A DNA stretch of 64,000 nt, taken from Hamiltosporidium tvaerminnensis FI-OER-3-3. Its lineage: Eukaryota > Fungi > Microsporidia. A program made the translations under genes and the position numbers. The stretch spans positions 682,001 to 746,000 of the forward strand of contig JAKIMF020000007.1 in NCBI GenBank assembly GCA_022605425.2, written 5' to 3'. A model generated the notes under the pieces. That model was not told where the DNA came from. It did not search any database and saw nothing but the letters and a program-made list of their open reading frames with translations. Positions 60,564 through 64,000 of this stretch are shown in pieces; position 1 is the first letter of the stretch; each line of letters begins with the position of its first letter.

Positions 60564-63500
60564 TGTTTATTTTCAGGATAAATTATTAAGTTTTATAAAA
60601 AAAGTAAATTAATAATTTTTTTATACAAAAAAAGTTGTAAATACAAAGATTAAAACAATTTCGAAATATTTTAAGCCATCATGGTTCAATTTATATTTTG
60701 ATTTGTTTCTTTTTACATTATTTTTGGTTAATATAGGCTGTAATCTATATTCGGGCTTCTCTTAAATTTTGACTTCATGTATAATTTAGATTTTATTTTC
60801 TAACAAAAACTACAAAACCTTATACAGTGTTGAGTTATGATGCTCTTCTTCCTTATTTTGTTGGAAAGTGTGTTTTAAGTGTATTTGTGAATTTCCATGC
60901 CATACAAAGAAAAATCTATTAATAAAAACAATTATGAAATTTAGAGGAAAAATTATATTTATTAAAATGTAAATTCATTTGTTATTTTGATACTAACTGT
61001 TGATTCTTTCTGTAATATACTTTATTTATTTCCTCTTTGATTTTTAAATGCTTTCTGTATTTTAGGTTATTCCCTCCAATTAAGTGTTTAATATCTTTAT
61101 CCTTAGCTTCAGATACAAATTTTTTATGGTTCTTACTTATTATGAAAATATAAGTTTCTAATGTATTTTTGTTTCTTCTAGGTATATTAGAACATCTTTC
61201 ATATCTAGATTATCCCAAGTCGGATTTTATCAGAGATAGAAGTTCATGTTTCAAATCGTTTATTCGACTATAATAGACGCCATTTATGCTTTTAGTTTAA
61301 TTGGATTTTATAATATTTTGAAATACAACATGTGGAAACTGATGTTAATCATCACAATTATAGCATAAACATAATATTTAACCACAAATTGAAGAAAAAA
61401 ACTCACATCACTAGGTCCAAGTAGCGTGAAATAGATTCATTCGGTCTTATAAATTTTAACAAGGCTTAAAAAACCTATGTGAGATTTATAATTTCCAATC
61501 CAACAAAAATTTTTTTTTCAAAGTAAATTTTAAACGTGTGCAATCATTTTTATATTTACTGTTCAGATTCACACTAAATTGTCTTAAAATACCCAAAAAT
61601 AAGTATTTGAAATTATTAAATATAAGCAAGAGCACTAACAACTAGATATAAGTCAACATATAAAATTGACTAGAGGTAAGCTTTTAGTCCAAAACTTTTC
61701 GTTCAAAACCAAGTCGTTAATAAACACTAAAATTACTAAAAACAAATTATTAATATAAACACCATGACAGACATTTTAATATGTTAAAAATATCGTCAAA
61801 ATAAATGATACTTTGGTTATATATGGCTTTTTAAGTATGAAAATATTCCATCCATATCCCTTACGGCTTTTATATTTTCAAAATAAATATATCTGGACTT
61901 TTCATAGAGACCTTCTAATTCCAGAAGAAGTTTTAAAGTATATAAAATACAACTAACTTTATAATTCTCATATAAAATAATTCCATCTTGATCATAAAAA
62001 TAGAAGAATTTCATTCCATCTCTTATTTCATATTTCAATTTAATTGCTGTGCTAGTAATCCGTCTCCTTCTTTTTTTAGCTTTATAGAAACTTTAGTGTA
62101 TTTTTTTGTTTTATTATCGCTTTTTATTGTACATTATTTCATAATTTATATCTTAGTTTCAGGTACCTCAATACATAGCCCAATTATTTAATCTGGTTCT
62201 ATATTTAAGCCAAGATTTTTGATCAATTTCATAATAAAATTGCAATGGTTTTGGTTCTAATCTTATATTTTAAAAATAGAAAGTAGTTGAAGACATTTTT
62301 TCTTCCCAAAACAATCATTTGACTGCTTTTCTGGTCTATATTGTGAAAACGGTGGTATCTCTAAGCCTTCGTCTAAAATACAATACTAATATATATAAAG
62401 AGCCTTCTGCAATGTATTTAAAGCGCAAAACAATTAATATTATTAGTGGAATTATTTATAGAAGCATTTAATAAAAAAAATATCGTTATTTAGTAGTTCT
62501 ATGATATTAAAGGTTCGAATAAATTTCATGTTTTTTAATTAACCACATGTTTTTAAAACTTCTTTCGCTAGCTCATAGAATTATTAAGTATTATGTAATA
62601 TAGGGTATTTCTAATATTCTAGTCATTTCTTATGAAACATTATTAGCCTACAACTTCTTTATGTCGAATATTCAAAATTACAAAAATAAATTATGCTTTT
62701 TATCAATAGCTAAGTGGAATCTTACCTTATAAAAAACTCGTGATCATGATAATTTATTATTAATATATGAAACCAAATTACAATTGTGTCATGTTTTTGT
62801 TCTCTTTTATTTGAATATTTGATTATTGAGCATAAAAATATTTTAACCCATTTTATTTGTAGAATGATATTTTCAACCATTTTATTCGTGATTTCCTCTA
62901 ATTTTATAAAATATTTATTCTGAGTTTAAAAAAAAAGTTCAATAAACCGCGGAGTATAATTGAATGCTCGGATTAAAATCTATGTTGATCAGTCATTCAC
63001 ATCTAGGGTATTATGTGCTTTAGGAAAATTTCATATAGCCTTATTTTTTTCATATTTTTGTTACAAATCAAGTTTTTTTGGAACTTTTAAATTCTGTAAA
63101 TTATACTTCTATGTATCCACAATCAAAAATAGCAAAATACCTGGTATATAATACTTTGTATATTTCTTATAATATACTCATCGATTTAGTTAAACTCATA
63201 ATACTATTGATTGATCATTTAAAGGCCCTTGATCGAAATTGTATCCAGAGGAACAAAGTAAACCAATCTTTATTAAACAATCCATTTTTAGCTCTATTTC
63301 TGAACATATGATTTTATAATACTGAAAAAAATATAAATTTTGCGATTTATCTAAGAAGTAAACATTCATTTAATGTACCAATATAAATACAATTCAACAG
63401 AATATAAAAAATATTAAATCTTTATATTTTGATTTCGTATAATGCCTATCATTAATATCAAATGTATTGATATGTAAAACTAGTAAATAATGAATTACAA

Positions 63501-64000
63501 TCAAAATCAAAAACAAAATCTTTTTATACTAGCACGTATATTCTAAGCTTAAAAAAATAAATCCCAATAGAAAAATAATTCAATTTATAGTTTATGAAAA
63601 TTTGAAAAAAATTGCTTTCTGTAAAAGCTTATTTGTAAATTTCAAATTGTTTTCAACTTATATCATCTAAGTTTTTTTTCTAAAATATAGATCAAAATTT
63701 CATATTCTTAGTTTCCAAGTAATAAATAAGATTAACTTAATATTTAAGACGTTTAAAAAAAAATTACAAAAGAGTATATTTGAACTGAAATATACATTCG
63801 CAAAAATATATTTCTATCGATTACTTTCTATCCAAATACAAATTTATCAAAAAGATTTGTTATTTTAACAAATTAAATCTAGTCAATAAAATAAAACGAA
63901 GTAATAAGGAATATAAGATCAGAATATAACGATATGATAACACAAAATATATATTATGATTTAAATGTTGAAGATAAAAACAAATCCAAAGAAAACCTTT

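Noticed and set aside
61000-62200. Cys-rich degenerate coding-like stretch (Helitron N-terminus?)
   Set aside because: Multiple stops and only an LGP...CC pattern; no Rep/helicase motifs or terminal hairpin seen
1-64000. CRISPR arrays, rRNA, tRNA, prokaryotic operons or defence systems
   Set aside because: No repeat-spacer array, rRNA core or cloverleaf recognised; gene content is eukaryotic

Overview
Very AT-rich, gene-sparse eukaryotic DNA with intronless genes and CCC motifs just upstream of several ATGs. This fits a large-genome microsporidian (Hamiltosporidium-like; inference). Host genes: RVB1 (two inverted copies), a SKI3-like TPR protein and a RhoGAP-like protein (two copies each), CIA2/FAM96, an ING PHD protein, a TRS120-like protein, a 3-TM orphan with EPIYA-like tyrosine motifs, and an unannotated 49-aa ORF. 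Two large inverted segmental duplications shape the window: arms at <1-1199 / 11001-12190, and ~9.7-kb arms at 22321-32021 / 48040-57725. Both are near-identical in the core and more diverged at the edges. The rest is nested TEs: R4/Dong-like RLE non-LTR elements, an RTE LINE, hAT-Buster, Tc1, Merlin and a Penelope-like remnant. The most novel candidates are a ~740-nt structured, non-coding SINE-like retroposon (6 copies, 13-16 bp TSDs, fixed 5' end, a covarying stem) and a 233-bp element with an HDV-ribozyme-like head and an RTE-type tail. All alignments, folds and homology calls were made by eye.
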